Source: Octopus sinensis
Taxonomy: Eukaryota
Reading direction: 5' to 3'
DNA: 64,000 nucleotides
NCBI RefSeq assembly: GCF_006345805.1
Contig: NC_043009.1
Span: 69,502,001 to 69,566,000 of the forward strand
Shown: positions 12,798-25,926 of the stretch, one piece after another
How positions within the stretch are numbered: the first letter of the stretch is position 1
How the letters are laid out: each line of letters opens with the position of its first letter
Made by a program: the position numbers and the translations under genes
Notes under the pieces: model-generated
The model's database searches: none
Seen by the model: the letters and a program-made list of their open reading frames with translations, nothing else
What the model was told of the DNA's origin: nothing

Positions 12798-13656
12798 TAC
12801 ACAGAGAGAGAAAAACACAGAAAGGAGAGAACAAAAATGCGTGCAGTAGCTAACGAATCAACATGGCGATCTGATTTCGGCCAGAGGTCAAAGATCAAAC
12901 ATGAGACGCGAGAGCGAAATAAGGGGAGATAATAGGGTTGATAAACGGGTTGAGGGACCAGCTAAAAGTGCGTGGGAGGGGTCTGGATGTGTGTATGTAT
13001 AGGGTTGGTTGGTGTATGTATTAGTATGTATAAGGGTGTGTGTGTGTGTGTGTATGAGAGAGTATTAGTGCGTAAGATTGGTCTGGACGTGCGTATGTAT
13101 GGGTTGGTTGTATGTATTAGTATGTATTAGTATGTATTAGTACGTATTGGTATGTATAGGTGTGTGTGTTGTGTGTGAGAGAGTATAAGTGCGTATGCGG
13201 GGTCTGGACGTGTGTATGTATAGGGTTGGTGTAAGTATTAGTAGTAGTACTAGTAGTATTAGTACGTATTAGTATGTATTAGTTGGTGTGTGTGTATTAG
13301 TATGGCACATCATATGTGATGTGATGTGTAAAGTCATGTGGTGTGTGAGGAGAAGAGGGGGAGGGGGGAGAAGAGAAGAGGGGGATAAGGGGGATAAGGG
13401 GGAGAGAAGGGAGGGGAGGGGAAGAAGAGGGGGAGGAGAAGGGGGGAGAGGAGAGGATGGGGGAGAAGGAAGGGGATGAGGGGGATGAAGGAGGAGGAAA
13501 GAGGGAGAGGGGGAGAGAGGGAGTGAGGGAGCAGAGGGAAGGGGAAGAGGGAGGGAGAAAGAGGGAAGAAGGGAAGGGGAGTAGGGGTGTGAAAGGATGA
13601 AGGACAGAAGAAGTAGGGGTCGGGGGGAGAAAGGATAGGTGAGGAGGGGGGTGAGG

Positions 13657-14391
13657 TTAGATGAGGAGGGGGGGAGAGTTGAGACCAAATGGCGTATAAG
13701 AGCGAAGAGAGAAGATTAATTCCTGTTCACGGCGCAAACGGGAATCCGGATGGCCTCTGTGTAAGGACAAACCGAACACAGATAGGTGTTGCAAGGAGTG
13801 ACCGGTGGAGCGGAAATGGCGTGAGACCGGTGTGTCGTTCGCAAGGTGGATGTCACGAAGGTGTTCCGCGAACCGGTCAGCCAAGCGGCGTCCCGTTTGT
13901 CCGATGTACAAGGAATTGCAGAGAGAGCAAGAGATGCAATAGATAATATTGCTGGAGGTGCAGGTGAAGGAGTGGATGATGGGATAGGGTCGATGGTGGG
14001 TGCTAGTGAGGCGGGTGGTGTTGGAGAGGTAAGGGCAAGTGCGGCAACGTGGGCGGGAGCAGGGGAACGAGCCGGGTTGGGAGGTAGGGTCAGGGAAGGA
14101 GCTATGGACCAAAAGGTCTCGAAGGTTGTGGGCTCGTTTGAAAGAGGGGAGGGGTCGGTTAGGGAAGAGGTGTGAAGTGGACGGGTCGGACTGGAGATGA
14201 CGGAAAGCTCGAAGAATGGTGCGTTGGAGACGTAGGGTCGTGGGGTGGTAAGTGAGGGGAAAAGGGAGGCGGGAGACTACAGGGCGGGTTCGGGGAGAGA
14301 GAGCAGATACACGGTCCACGGACCGTGCTCTGGCAAGGGCGGTGTGGATAGTGGTGAGGGGGTATCCACGTAGGGTGAAGTGGTGAGCCAT
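13657..14391 (-). CDS. Penelope-like element thumb/linker plus GIY-YIG endonuclease (frameshifted from the RT part)
   Basis: FPCSRPRCRTCPY linker; SSNIIYCISCSLCNSLYIGQTGRRLADRFAEHLRDI...VSRHF; RLRREQELIFSLRSYTPFGLN. Confidence 0.9.
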   Translation of the reverse strand: MAHHFTLRGYPLTTIHTALARARSVDRVSALSPRTRPVVSRLPFPLTYHPTTLRLQRTILRAFRHLQSDPSTSHLFPNRPLPSFKRAHNLRDLLVHSSFPDPTSQPGSFPCSRPRCRTCPYLSNTTRLTSTHHRPYPIIHSFTCTSSNIIYCISCSLCNSLYIGQTGRRLADRFAEHLRDIHLANDTPVSRHFRSTGHSLQHLSVFGLSLHRGHPDSRLRREQELIFSLRSYTPFGLNSPPLLI

Positions 14392-15626
14392 ACGTTGAGA
14401 CTGAGTCTCAAAGTCATGGTCGTCACTACAGAGCTACGTACGTAGACGGAGGAATTGGGAATAGGGGATGGAAAGCTTGGTGTGTTCTGGGTGGGAGGAA
14501 GAGAAGTTGAGGTATGAGAGTGTGAGTCTGTGTGTTTGTAGTGAATGGAGGTGGTAAGAGTGGAGTGAAGAATGCTAACCGAAATGTCGAGGAAGGAGAC
14601 AGAGGTGTTGGAGATAGTGGAAGTGAAGTGGAGGGCTGGATGGAAAGATTGGACGAAAGAGAGGAAGGAATCTAGATGTTCGCGGGAGAGTGAGGTGGCA
14701 CCGATAATGTCGTCAATATAACGACCATATAGTTCAGGAGTGGGACCAGTGAAATTAGAGAATATTTGGGCCTCAACATAGCCAACGAACAGGTTCGCAT
14801 AGTTGGGGCCCATTCGCGTTCCCATGGCCACTCCCGAGACCTGATGGTAGAACTCGCCCGCGAACGAGAAGCAGTTCAGAGTAAGGACAAGTTCGGCCAG
14901 ACGAATGAGTGTGGAGGTGTCAGGTACAGGGTTAGAGCGGAGGTCAAGAAAGTTTCGAAGGGCCTGCAGTCCTTCGTGGTGAGGGATAACAGTATAGAGG
15001 CTTTGGATGTCCACAGTAAAAAGGATTTTGGAGGAGCCGGGAGGAAAGGAGAAAGAGTTGAAAAGCGGAGAGAGAGCATGGTTGGTATCGTGGATGTGGG
15101 AGGGAAGAGATGCCACTAGGGGGGCAAGGACACGGTCGAGGTATTTAGAGATGAGCTCCGTGGGGCAGTTACAGGCGGAGACGATGGGGCGGCAGGGTTG
15201 TTGGGTTTGTGGATTTTGGGGAGGAAGTAAATGGTGGGGGTACGTGGGGTTCGCACAATTAGGTTGGATGGATGCGGTGGGGGGGAGACGGGAGGACGAG
15301 ATGAGGTCTTGGACAGTAGAGGATACCGTCTGTTGGTAGCTACGTGTGGGGTTAGAGGGCAGAGGGGAATAGAAGGAGGGTGTCATTGAGTTGGCGGAAA
15401 GCCTCGGCCTATAGAGGTCCGCGCGCCACACCACTACAGCTCCACCCTTGTCAGCCGGTTTGATGATAATGTCAGCGCGCCGTTGGAGGGAACGAAGAGC
15501 CAAGAGCTCAGCCGGGGAGATGTTGAGGCGGCGTTGGCGCCTGGAGAAGTGAACCGCTCCAATGCACGCTGACAAGCGCCCGCGAAAAGATCCACTGCTA
15601 GGATCTGGCCAGGGGCAGGCGTCCAC
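14277..15626 (-). CDS. Penelope-like element reverse transcriptase (frameshifted ORF segment)
   Basis: KPADKGGAVVVW, RPIVSACNCPTE, LFTVDIQSLYTVIPH, GVAMGTRMGPNYANLFVG, RYIDDIIG, VSFLDISV, YKHTDSHS are PLE RT motifs. Confidence 0.92.
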   Translation of the reverse strand: MDACPWPDPSSGSFRGRLSACIGAVHFSRRQRRLNISPAELLALRSLQRRADIIIKPADKGGAVVVWRADLYRPRLSANSMTPSFYSPLPSNPTRSYQQTVSSTVQDLISSSRLPPTASIQPNCANPTYPHHLLPPQNPQTQQPCRPIVSACNCPTELISKYLDRVLAPLVASLPSHIHDTNHALSPLFNSFSFPPGSSKILFTVDIQSLYTVIPHHEGLQALRNFLDLRSNPVPDTSTLIRLAELVLTLNCFSFAGEFYHQVSGVAMGTRMGPNYANLFVGYVEAQIFSNFTGPTPELYGRYIDDIIGATSLSREHLDSFLSFVQSFHPALHFTSTISNTSVSFLDISVSILHSTLTTSIHYKHTDSHSHTSTSLPPTQNTPSFPSPIPNSSVYVRSSVVTTMTLRLSLNVWLTTSPYVDTPSPLSTPPLPEHGPWTVYLLSLPEPAL

Positions 15627-17116
15627 GGGGATGGTCGGCGGCCCAGGCCAGTGAAGCAGTCGTCCTCTTCGTTGGGTGTGGGTGGCGAGTCGTGGTAATG
15701 CGCACCCAACCGGACACGGCGCACAAAGCTGTGGACATCAACTCGCGTCTGGAATTCCTTACAGGATGGAGTGAGGGGGATGAAACGCAGACCCCTACCA
15801 AGGACGGAGCGTTCAGCCGCAGAGAGGGGAAGATCGGGGGGAATGGTAACAACAGACGGAAGTGGAGAAGGGGTGGATGGAATAGAAGTAGGAGGGGTGG
15901 TAGGTCTCGTGGAGGTCTGAGGGGGAGGGATTGGAGAGGTGTGTGGGGGGGGTGGTTGGGCGGGGCAGTAGGGTTAGGTGTTAGGTGGATGGAGCCTAAC
16001 GGGAGGGGAGAAGGGGTTGTAGGGAGGGGCAGTGGGGTTAGGTGTGGGTGGATGGAGCCTATCGGGAGGGGAGAAGGGTGGTGGAGGAGTTGGGGGTGGT
16101 AGTGGCGTCGGGTAGGGTGGAATGGAAAGGAAGAGTGATTGGAGTTTACGAAGTTTGGTATCAGAAAGAAATTGATGGAAGAGTTGATTCAAATGGATAA
16201 TGAAGCGTAGCGTGTTTGGAGCATAGAGAGGCGGCAGAGAGGAGAAGAAGAAGGTGGAGAAAGCAGGAGGAAGAAGGGCGGTGATGGCATGTAGTTTGGA
16301 GAGATTGGAGCGAATGGTGGCCCGCATAAGGCGGTAAGATGTGGTGCGGAGTATGGGTAAGATGGAAGAATCCGAGTGGAGAGCAGGGTGGAAGTGGAGG
16401 CGGAAACCTTTAGGGATGAGTCGGTGATGTAGGCAGCGGCTTAGGAAAGAGAGACATGGCTAGAGAAGCGGGTTTTTTTAAAAAAAGAGAAGTAGAGAGA
16501 GATTAACGGACGGCTGAAGGCAATATACAGGAAGCGAACGTAGATGATCCTTCAAACGGTGATGGAGAGTGAGGAGGTAGGACCTAGGATCCGGCATGAT
16601 GGGATAGCGGAAAAAAAAATTCGAAAAAAAAAAAAAAAATTATCGTATGAAAAAAATAGAAAAAAAGGATAGCGAAAAAAAGGGGAAAAACAAACGTTCA
16701 AAAAAACAACAAAAAATAATAATCGTATGAAAAAAAAACTAGATAAGTAAGCGATAGGGGCAGGGCAGAAAAGACGGGGCAAACGGAAAAGGGAAAAGAA
16801 AGAAGGGAAGCAGAGAGAGGGGGAGGCAAAAAAAGGGGGTGCAGCAGAGGAGGAAACGGAGTATGGACATCCTGAGAGGGAAGAAAGACGGAAAGGAGAA
16901 CAAAAATTCAGGAAAATGTGGGAAGCATGAAATGAATGTAAAAAAAGTGGTGGTAATATAAGAGGAAATAAAAATACAACAAAGGGACAGTTTATGCGAA
17001 CAAGTTCAAGGTTGAAAGTTCAAGGTGAGAAATGTGTAGACGTCGTGGTATATTTTTTAAGGATTTCACATCAATGCAAATACATATATATGTATATATA
17101 TGTATATATGTATATA

Positions 17117-17163
<47 letters not shown>

Positions 17164-17328
17164 ATATGTATGTATGTTTATATATATATATATAAATACA
17201 TATACTCACATACATAGATACATGCATGTATGAATATATGTATAAATAACTTGATTAGTAGATTGACAGATAGACAGGCAGACAGACGGAGAGTGAAGAC
17301 CAAACAGATGCACACACACACACGCGCG

Positions 17329-17363
<35 letters not shown>

Positions 17364-17517
17364 TTGTTCACACAAAGTAAATAAAAGAAACAAAGACCAA
17401 AATAAGTATTTAAAAAAAATAAACAACAAAAATGAAATATAAAATAACTCAACAGAACACATTAAAATATTTTTTTGGCATTTTATGACAAAATATTTTT
17501 TATGAATTAATGGTCTC

Positions 17518-17553
<36 letters not shown>

Positions 17554-18083
17554 CGTAATAATAATATTTAATGAAAAGGAATTAAAAAAAGAATAAAAAC
17601 AAAAACAAAAAATAAAACAAAGAAAACAATACTTAGAAGCATATAACAAAAGTAGAACTATTTCACTAAGAAATAATGCCATACGTGTTTTTTCTCCATA
17701 AACTAAGAAAAGAGACAAAATTTGTGAGAAGCGATGAAAAAGAAGGACTCAGGAATTTGGGATTTTCTTGATTTTCCATTCAGTTTTTTTTTTTTTTTTT
17801 CATATTGTTTTGTGAATGAAGGATATCACAGGCGGCAGACATGTGACACATTCATATTTATGTTGTGATTGGTTCATCTTCAATGTGGCATTGAAAAAAA
17901 AAAAAATTAATTTCCATTTTGCCCAATAGCTTGAAGACAAGATACTCTAGATATGAGAACGTGTGTGTGTGTGTGTGTGTATAAACATACATATGTATTA
18001 TATATAAATATATATTCATAGATACACCATTTATATATAGATATTTATTTTATGTATATTATATATGTTTCTTATATATATAT

Positions 18084-18247
18084 ATAATTAAAATAAGCAA
18101 CAAAGATATCCATGGTAGAGTAGTACAATTATTTCATGCTACTTCATTTTATTAAACACTATAAAATGAAGTAGCACAATAAAATGAAGTAGCATGAAAC
18201 GATTGTACTACTCTACCATGGATATCTTTGTTGCTTATTTTGATTAT
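18084..18247. repeat. Near-perfect ~70 bp-arm palindrome
   Basis: The left arm AAAATAAGCAACAAAGATATCCATGGTAGAGTAGTACAAT...CATGCTACTTCATTTTATT (18084-18153) is mirrored at 18178-18247. The loop contains a partial duplication of the arm end. Confidence 0.85.
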
Positions 18248-18319
18248 AATCACCCAATTTGATTCATATGGATAATACCATACAAAATTCTGGTACCATA
18301 TTCATCTGAATCTAAATTT

Positions 18320-18477
18320 TGCTGAACTTATATATATATGAATGTATGTATATGAATGTATGTATATATGAGTATATATATGTGTGTGCATATTTATATA
18401 TATATCTATGTATGTATATATGTATGCATGTATATATATGTATGCATGTATATATATGTATGTATATATATATATAT

Positions 18478-18510
<33 letters not shown>

Positions 18511-18642
18511 GTATATATATGTGTATATATATATGTGTGTATATATATATATATATATTATATATATGTGTATATATATATATATATATGTGTATATATA
18601 TATGTGTGTATATATATTTATATGTATATATATGTGTGTGCA

Positions 18643-18695
<53 letters not shown>
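18320..18695. repeat. (TA)n/(TG)n compound microsatellite
   Basis: Directly visible. It produces spurious YI-rich ORFs. Confidence 0.95.
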
Positions 18696-18697
<2 letters not shown>

Positions 18698-19814
18698 GTT
18701 TATTTATTGAGATATGTGGCTCCACAAGTTAATATGCTTGTGAAAAGTATGATAATAAATTTTTTCAATGTTTTAACAATTAGGTTACATTGTCATTCAG
18801 TTGAACTTTTTTTTACCCGCCAATATTATTTGTTTTCGTTATTTTGTTACCAAGAATTTACAAATATATTTCTGAAAATAGCATCACTGTTAATCATTAT
18901 ACATCATCATAATCATCAACATCATCTTCATCATCATTATAATCATCATCATCAACATCATCATATCTATCATCATAACCATCAATGTAAATTTTCTCTT
19001 TGTAATATTTTCAGAACATAAATTCAAATTTTGAATGGATTTCTTCATCCTAAAAGCTTCAATTGCTTTCGTAAAATTTATAATAATGCATTTCACCTGC
19101 TGAACATTGTGGTTTAATTAATTTATTAAAAAAATCTTCTTTTTTTTTCATTTTTGTATGAATAAGTGATGTGGATATTATATGATAATCTGTATAGTTA
19201 TTATCCAAGGATTTATCTTTTCCTTTAAAAAAAAAGTATCACATAGTAATATCTGGTTTAAGTGATGAAGGCCGACCTTCAATTACTTATCAGCAGCAGA
19301 CATACCAGTGAACAGATGCAAACAAGGGATCTCAATTAAGATACAGGAGGAAATGGAGTTTTTTCCTTTGGTTTTCACTTGTTTTACATTGGTTCAAAGT
19401 TTTGATGAACAAACATGTGTGGATGTGTACACACACACACACACAAACAAACATGCATAGATACATACATTTATATATATATATATATATATATATCAAA
19501 GGCACACACAGACATATATGGGAGTATATGTGTCTGAATGTGTATTCATGTGTGTGGGTGTGTGAGTTTGACATTTGTAAACACTTTTAAAATACAAATT
19601 GATATTGCTGTACGATCAATGTAAAGCAAATAGAAAAATGCAAAGAAACATATGAGGAATGAAGAGAAGGTGAAAATAAGAAAGGAAACAAATCTCTGAT
19701 GGAGACTTCACTGTCAGAGCCACCGTTACATGGAATGAAGTTCGATTCAGACATGGTTCAACACTTTATATACATTTACATGCATATATATATATATACA
19801 TAACATCCCTCACT

Positions 19815-19818
19815 CATA

Positions 19819-19864
<46 letters not shown>

Positions 19865-21048
19865 TAGATATACTAACATACACTTATCTATATGTATATG
19901 CACATATATATATGAATGTATATATGTATATATGTATGGTTTTATATGTGTGTGTGTATATATATAGATAGATGTATATATAGACATTATATATTCATGT
20001 ACACATATATACATGCATATATATATATATATGCATAATTGTATATATATATACACACATATATAGATATATATATATACATATGTGTATATATATGTAT
20101 AAATACATACATATATATATATATATGTGTGTGTGTATATATATAAAAACATATACATATATATATATGTATACATATATATATATATATATATACACAC
20201 GTTTATGTTTGAGTATATATCTATATACACATTTGTATTTATATATATAATTATACACAAACACACACACACACATATACATGCAAGTATGTTAGATTTA
20301 TAAGTGTATGTGTATATGTGTGCACATATATATTTATTTATGTACACTCATACATCTATGTATATTAAAATACATAAATACAAGAGAGTTTGTTTATACA
20401 TATATATATATATGCATATATATACATATATATGTGTGTGTGTAACTTAAACACATACATTCCACCCCACATGTTCATGCATACATATGTAGAGTAGTGT
20501 AGGTCATGGTAAGGTAACGAATGAATGTGTATTCCCAATGAAACACAGCACAAACACTTGGCTCTCACTGCATGCTAATCCAGGAACTTTGAAAACAATT
20601 CCAAGAGTACTGCTGCAGTAAAACCCCAAGTATCTGCATGGTAAAACCAGTCGGTATTTCGAAGGTTAACATAAAACATGGTTATGAAGACAAAGAGTGA
20701 ATATAACACAAATTGAATATTTCTTACAATTGTTTCTCTACCACACTGCTACACATGACATTACATGTTAATGGTACCTTGTAAAAATGAACACAATATG
20801 TATGGGTTAATATATTGGAGTGGCACTTCATCAGATTAGCATTAAGCCATGCCTCTTTGCATTGTGTGGATGTTTCCGACCACACATATTGCTTAACTTT
20901 TCATACTGGATTAACTTGGACAGAAACAAATGATAGGAATATCAAAGTGGTGCCATGTACACTCTTTGTCTTCTTCTTTGGACAAAAGCATGCACGCTGT
21001 GGAAGGGAATATGTGTGTGCGTGTGTGTGTGTGTATGTATATATATAT

Positions 21049-21096
<48 letters not shown>

Positions 21097-22025
21097 CAAA
21101 GTCTATGTATATGTATTATACATGGGCATACATATATATCTGTATATATCTAAATGTATGTGTGCATGAATGTATTTGAATAGCAATAAACATATTAATG
21201 ATATTAATAAAATATATATGAACCATAATCATCTGCAATTTATACATACATACATACTTACATATATATATATATATCTATTATGTATATATATTATATA
21301 TATATTATTTATATATATATATTATTTATATATATATATTATATATATAATATATAAATATATATATATTATTCATATATATATATATAATATATATATA
21401 AATATATATATTATTCATATATATATAATGCGCATGTATATTATTTATGTATATATATAATGTATATATATATATATTATATATATATATATAATGCGCA
21501 CATATTTTATTTATTTATATATTATATATATATTATGTATATGTGTATATATATTTTGTATATGTATATATATATGTATATTTATATATTATGTATGTAC
21601 ATATTATATATATATATTATATATGTACATATAATATATATATTATGTATATATATTATATATGTACATATAATATATATTATGTATATATATTATATAT
21701 GTACATATTATATATATATTATGTATATATATATATATATATATATTATATACGTACATGTTATATATATATGTATATATATATTATATATGTACATGTT
21801 ATATATATATTATGTACATATTATATATATATATTATGTATATATATATATATATTATACGTGTACATGTTATATATATATTATGTATGTACATATTATA
21901 TATATATATTATGTATATATCATGCATATATATATATGTATGTGAGTTAACAATAGAAAATGATTGTAAAAATGATTTGTTATGATTTTGCTTCTCAAGT
22001 CATGATTTTGTATGTACACACACAT

Positions 22026-22065
<40 letters not shown>

Positions 22066-23489
22066 TATACATTATATATATATAAGGTGAATTTGTCCCT
22101 GACATCAGTATTGCATTCTCTCTTTTGTTGAAGAGGGAAACTGAATGGGATTTGGATTCATATTTAAAGGAGGAGAGGACACTTCTTTTCCATATTCACT
22201 TTGAGTCCTGGTGCGACTGCCAAATAAAAAGACACAAGCACATACACAGGTATATATAAATAAATATATGCGTGTGTGTGTGTGTGTGTGTGTGTGAATA
22301 TGCATGTATATGCATGTGTGTGTCTGTGTGCATTTATGAGTGTATGTATATAATGACACATTGCAGATTATAGAATATATTTTTGATTTATAAACCATTA
22401 AATGATTCATTGATATTATCATTTGTATTATCATTATTATTATTATTATTATTATTATCATTTTTATTATTATCATTATTTTTAATAATAATGATATTTA
22501 TAATAAAAATATTAATAATAATATTGATGATAATAATACAAGATATGACATGTTTGAGTTCACAGTTAAATACTAATATTAATAATAACAAAGTGTAATA
22601 ATATTGATGTTAATTATCAATATTGATGTTTGCTAAAAAGAAAGTAAAAATTTAGAGTGAAACCCAAGGAAGAGGGAAAAAAATCCTTTCGTGAAACCAA
22701 CTTTTTTGATGTTATTAGATTTCTTTGAAAGATTATCAAGAAATAAGATCAGTCAAATCACTAGGACTGCTTTGGTCATAATAATAAAACAAATGCGTGT
22801 ATATATATATATGTGTATATATATAAGTATAAATGAATAATGCTCCACAAACTAATGGAAACTAAACAAATCATGAAAATTTAATACATAAAATGCCTAT
22901 AGTAAATAAAATGATAAATATATAATAATAATATTATTGACTCCTATGTTGTTGGTGTTCTTATTGTGTGTGTGTGTGTGCTTGTATGCGTGCATGTTTA
23001 TATATTCCATCTGTTGAAGGAGAGATAAATATAATGAAATACTAAAAATTTGTTGTTCCATTTCCCGTTTTTCTTTTCATGTGTCTGATTGTACCTCCCA
23101 CCTGTGATATACAAGAACATATATGTATGCATGCATGCATGCGTGTGTGTATGTATCTATCTCTCAATCTATATGCATGTATATATTTATAATTGAACAT
23201 TTCATATATATATACATATTTACACTCACACATACATGTATATATATATAAACATATATACACATACACACACATATATTAATCAATATTGATGATATCT
23301 GATGTCCATTACAATTTAATATTGATATTCTAATGTAGAATTCTGGTAACATATGTGTGTCCATTCTTATATAAATCATATATAAATCTATGTGTAAATT
23401 TGCATACACCTATACTTAACATTTTAGTAGTATATATGCATGTATGTATAAATATACCAACATACATAAATCCATGCATGCATACATGC

Positions 23490-23520
<31 letters not shown>

Positions 23521-23736
23521 ATGTATATAAGTATATAATGTATATATATATGTATATAATGTATATATAATGTATATATATATGTATATATATATTATGT
23601 ATATAAGTATATAATGTATATATATATATTATGTATATAAGTATATAATGTATATATATATATGTATATATATATTATGTATATAAGTATATAATGTATA
23701 TAATATGTATATGTATATATATATTATGTATATATG

Positions 23737-23774
<38 letters not shown>

Positions 23775-23803
23775 GTATATAATGTATATATTATGCATAT
23801 ATT

Positions 23804-23844
<41 letters not shown>

Positions 23845-24700
23845 TTATATAATATGTATATATTCATATATGTGATATATATATTATGTGTATGTATATT
23901 TATATGATATATATATTATGTATGTATATGTAGATATAGATATGTATAAAATTATATATTTTACATGTATATCTCTATTATATATGTATGTGCAAATGTT
24001 TGTAGTTTTACAGCTATTTTGAAAGTATTGGAAAATAATAAAACTTCTGCCAGTTTTATTTCCAATAACAAATCTTGGTTCGCCTATAAAACCTCCACTG
24101 GAAAACACAAACACAACTTAATGGCTGCATTAACGTACTTACCACTTTGGCAATGAATGTATGTGGAAGTCCATAAATATATGTATCCATATATATATAC
24201 ATACATACATACATACACATACATACACATGTGTGTGTGTGTTTGTGTATACACCATGCACACATGCATATATTCACAAGCATATGTATGCATAAATATG
24301 TTGTGTTTATAAATATGTATTTATAGATATTGATACATATGTATTATGAATAATATTTAAATATGAGTATATATTTTTATTTACTGACATATATATTTGT
24401 TATCTATATTTTTATGTACAAGTACACACAACCATACTAACACCTCATATATATATATATATATATGTGTGTATGTGTATATACATATAGATATACATAC
24501 ATATATTTACATAGAAACATATGGATAAGTGTGTATATATATATAAATATATATGTATTTATATGTATGTATTTATATATATATATATATACGTATTTAT
24601 ATGTATACATATATGCATATATATATTTGTATGAATGTATACACTCCCACAAACACACACACACGCATGTGCACGTGTGTGTGTGTGTATGTAGGTTTGC
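19815..24700. repeat. Microsatellite-dominated region: long (TA)n, (CA)n and (ATT)n fields (notably 19815-20480, 21030-22080, 23470-23960)
   Basis: Directly visible low-complexity sequence. Confidence 0.9.
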
Positions 24701-24734
24701 ATGTGTAGGTGTAGTTTGGGTGATTGTTTAAGAA

Positions 24735-25110
24735 GTTAGTCTTGGAACCATGAGGTTCTGGGTTCAATCTCACTGCCTTGCATCTTTAATATTTTTTCAG
24801 TATCTATGTCACTTGCGAGTTAATTTGGCCGACAGAAGCTGAAAGAAGACTGGCTCTATGTGTATGTGCATCTGTACCTTATCTTGACATCCTGTGATGG
24901 CTGCAATATGAGCTGACCATCATACAAGCAAATTATTCATTTCCAGTCGTCTTTGATAGGCAAGTCTAGCCCTGGGGAAATATCAACTTGCTTGGAAACA
25001 GGTGAGATGTTGGCAAGAGAAAAAGTATCTAACCATAGAAAATCTGCCTCAACAAATTTCCTCTGACCCATGCAACTATGGGAAAGTGGACGTTAAAACA
25101 ATAATTCTAA
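24735..25110 (+). mobile_element. Degenerate SINE (tRNA-like head, RTE-like tail)
   Basis: GGTTCTGGGTTCAATCTCACTG B-box-like head. The 3' end CCCATGCAACTATGGGAAAGTGGACGTTAAAAC matches the reverse complement of the start of 25140-25355. Confidence 0.6.
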
Positions 25111-25139
25111 TGATTGTGGTATATATATATATATATATC

Positions 25140-25355
25140 TCATCATCATCATCATTTAACGTCCACTTTCTATGCTAGCATGGGTTGGACGGTTCAACTG
25201 GGGTCTGGGAAGCCAGAAGGCTGCACCAGGCCCAGTCTGATCTGGCAGTGTTTCTACGGCTGGATGCCCTTCCTAATGCCAACCACTCTGAGTGCTTTTT
25301 ACGTGCCAGACGAAGCTGGCAAACGGCCACGATCGGATGGTGCTTTTTACGTGCC
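25140..25355 (-). mobile_element. 3' portion of a related SINE/RTE tail with (TGA)n end
   Basis: CATCATCATCATTTAACGTCCACTTTCTATGCTAGCATGGGTTGGACGG... A similar tail occurs at 61975-62060. Confidence 0.6.
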
Positions 25356-25437
25356 ACATATATACACACACACATATATATATAAACACATATATATATA
25401 TCTGTAAACATAATATGTGACAATTATTCAGTAGCCA

Positions 25438-25500
25438 AGATAAAACTCTGAGTTTCGGATGCCGAGGTGGAAATCCACACCACCATCTCTTCAGTTATCC
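25438..25500 (-). ncRNA. Solo type I hammerhead ribozyme motif
   Basis: GGAUAA-CUGAAGA-GAUGGUGG...CCACCUCGGCAUCC-GAAA-CU(CAG)AG-UU-UUAUCU: intact CUGANGA/GAAA core, 6 bp stem I, 3 bp stem III, GUU cleavage triplet. Confidence 0.65.
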
Positions 25501-25890
25501 GGCCATTGGAAAAACCTCTATTTACATAATATTGAGGTCTCTTTCTTTCTTTTGTTATCTTACCGTTTTTACCAATATATATATATATATAATGTAGAAA
25601 AATACACAAACTGACATTCACATGCATAGATGTTTATGCATCATTTTCATGTAGATTTTTGCAGTTATACATGTGTGTATTTTAAATATTATGCAACATA
25701 TATACTTATTAATTATGATACATGTATTATGTATGAAATGCATGTAATTCGATGTTCATACATAATAAATGTACACATGAATATTTATATACAACTAAAC
25801 ACAATTGTTTTTGATATTATACATTTTATGTATATTCATGTTTGTCTCCATCTATCTGTGTATTCATTTCTTGATGTCCGTTTCTCTTTG

Positions 25891-25926
<36 letters not shown>

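Larger units (their letters stand above)
12661..17080 (-). mobile_element. Near full-length Penelope-like element (Neptune-type), flanked by (TA)n microsatellite
   Basis: Contains an N-terminal region (HVSFLSRCLHHRLIPKGFRLHF, ~16400-16460), IIIKPADKGGAVVVW, the RT, a Cys linker CSRPRCRTC and a GIY-YIG endonuclease. The 3' region has a ~110 bp tandem repeat and a hammerhead-like motif. Both flanks are TA repeats. Confidence 0.92.

Noticed and set aside
13689-16102. Plus-strand ORFs over the Penelope element (e.g. 13846-14175, 14766-15119, 15692-16102)
   Set aside because: Antisense shadows of the C-rich minus-strand coding sequence.
20820-20885. Minus-strand GAAAC...CTGATGA as a type II/III hammerhead
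   Set aside because: I could not form closing stem II or stem I helices.
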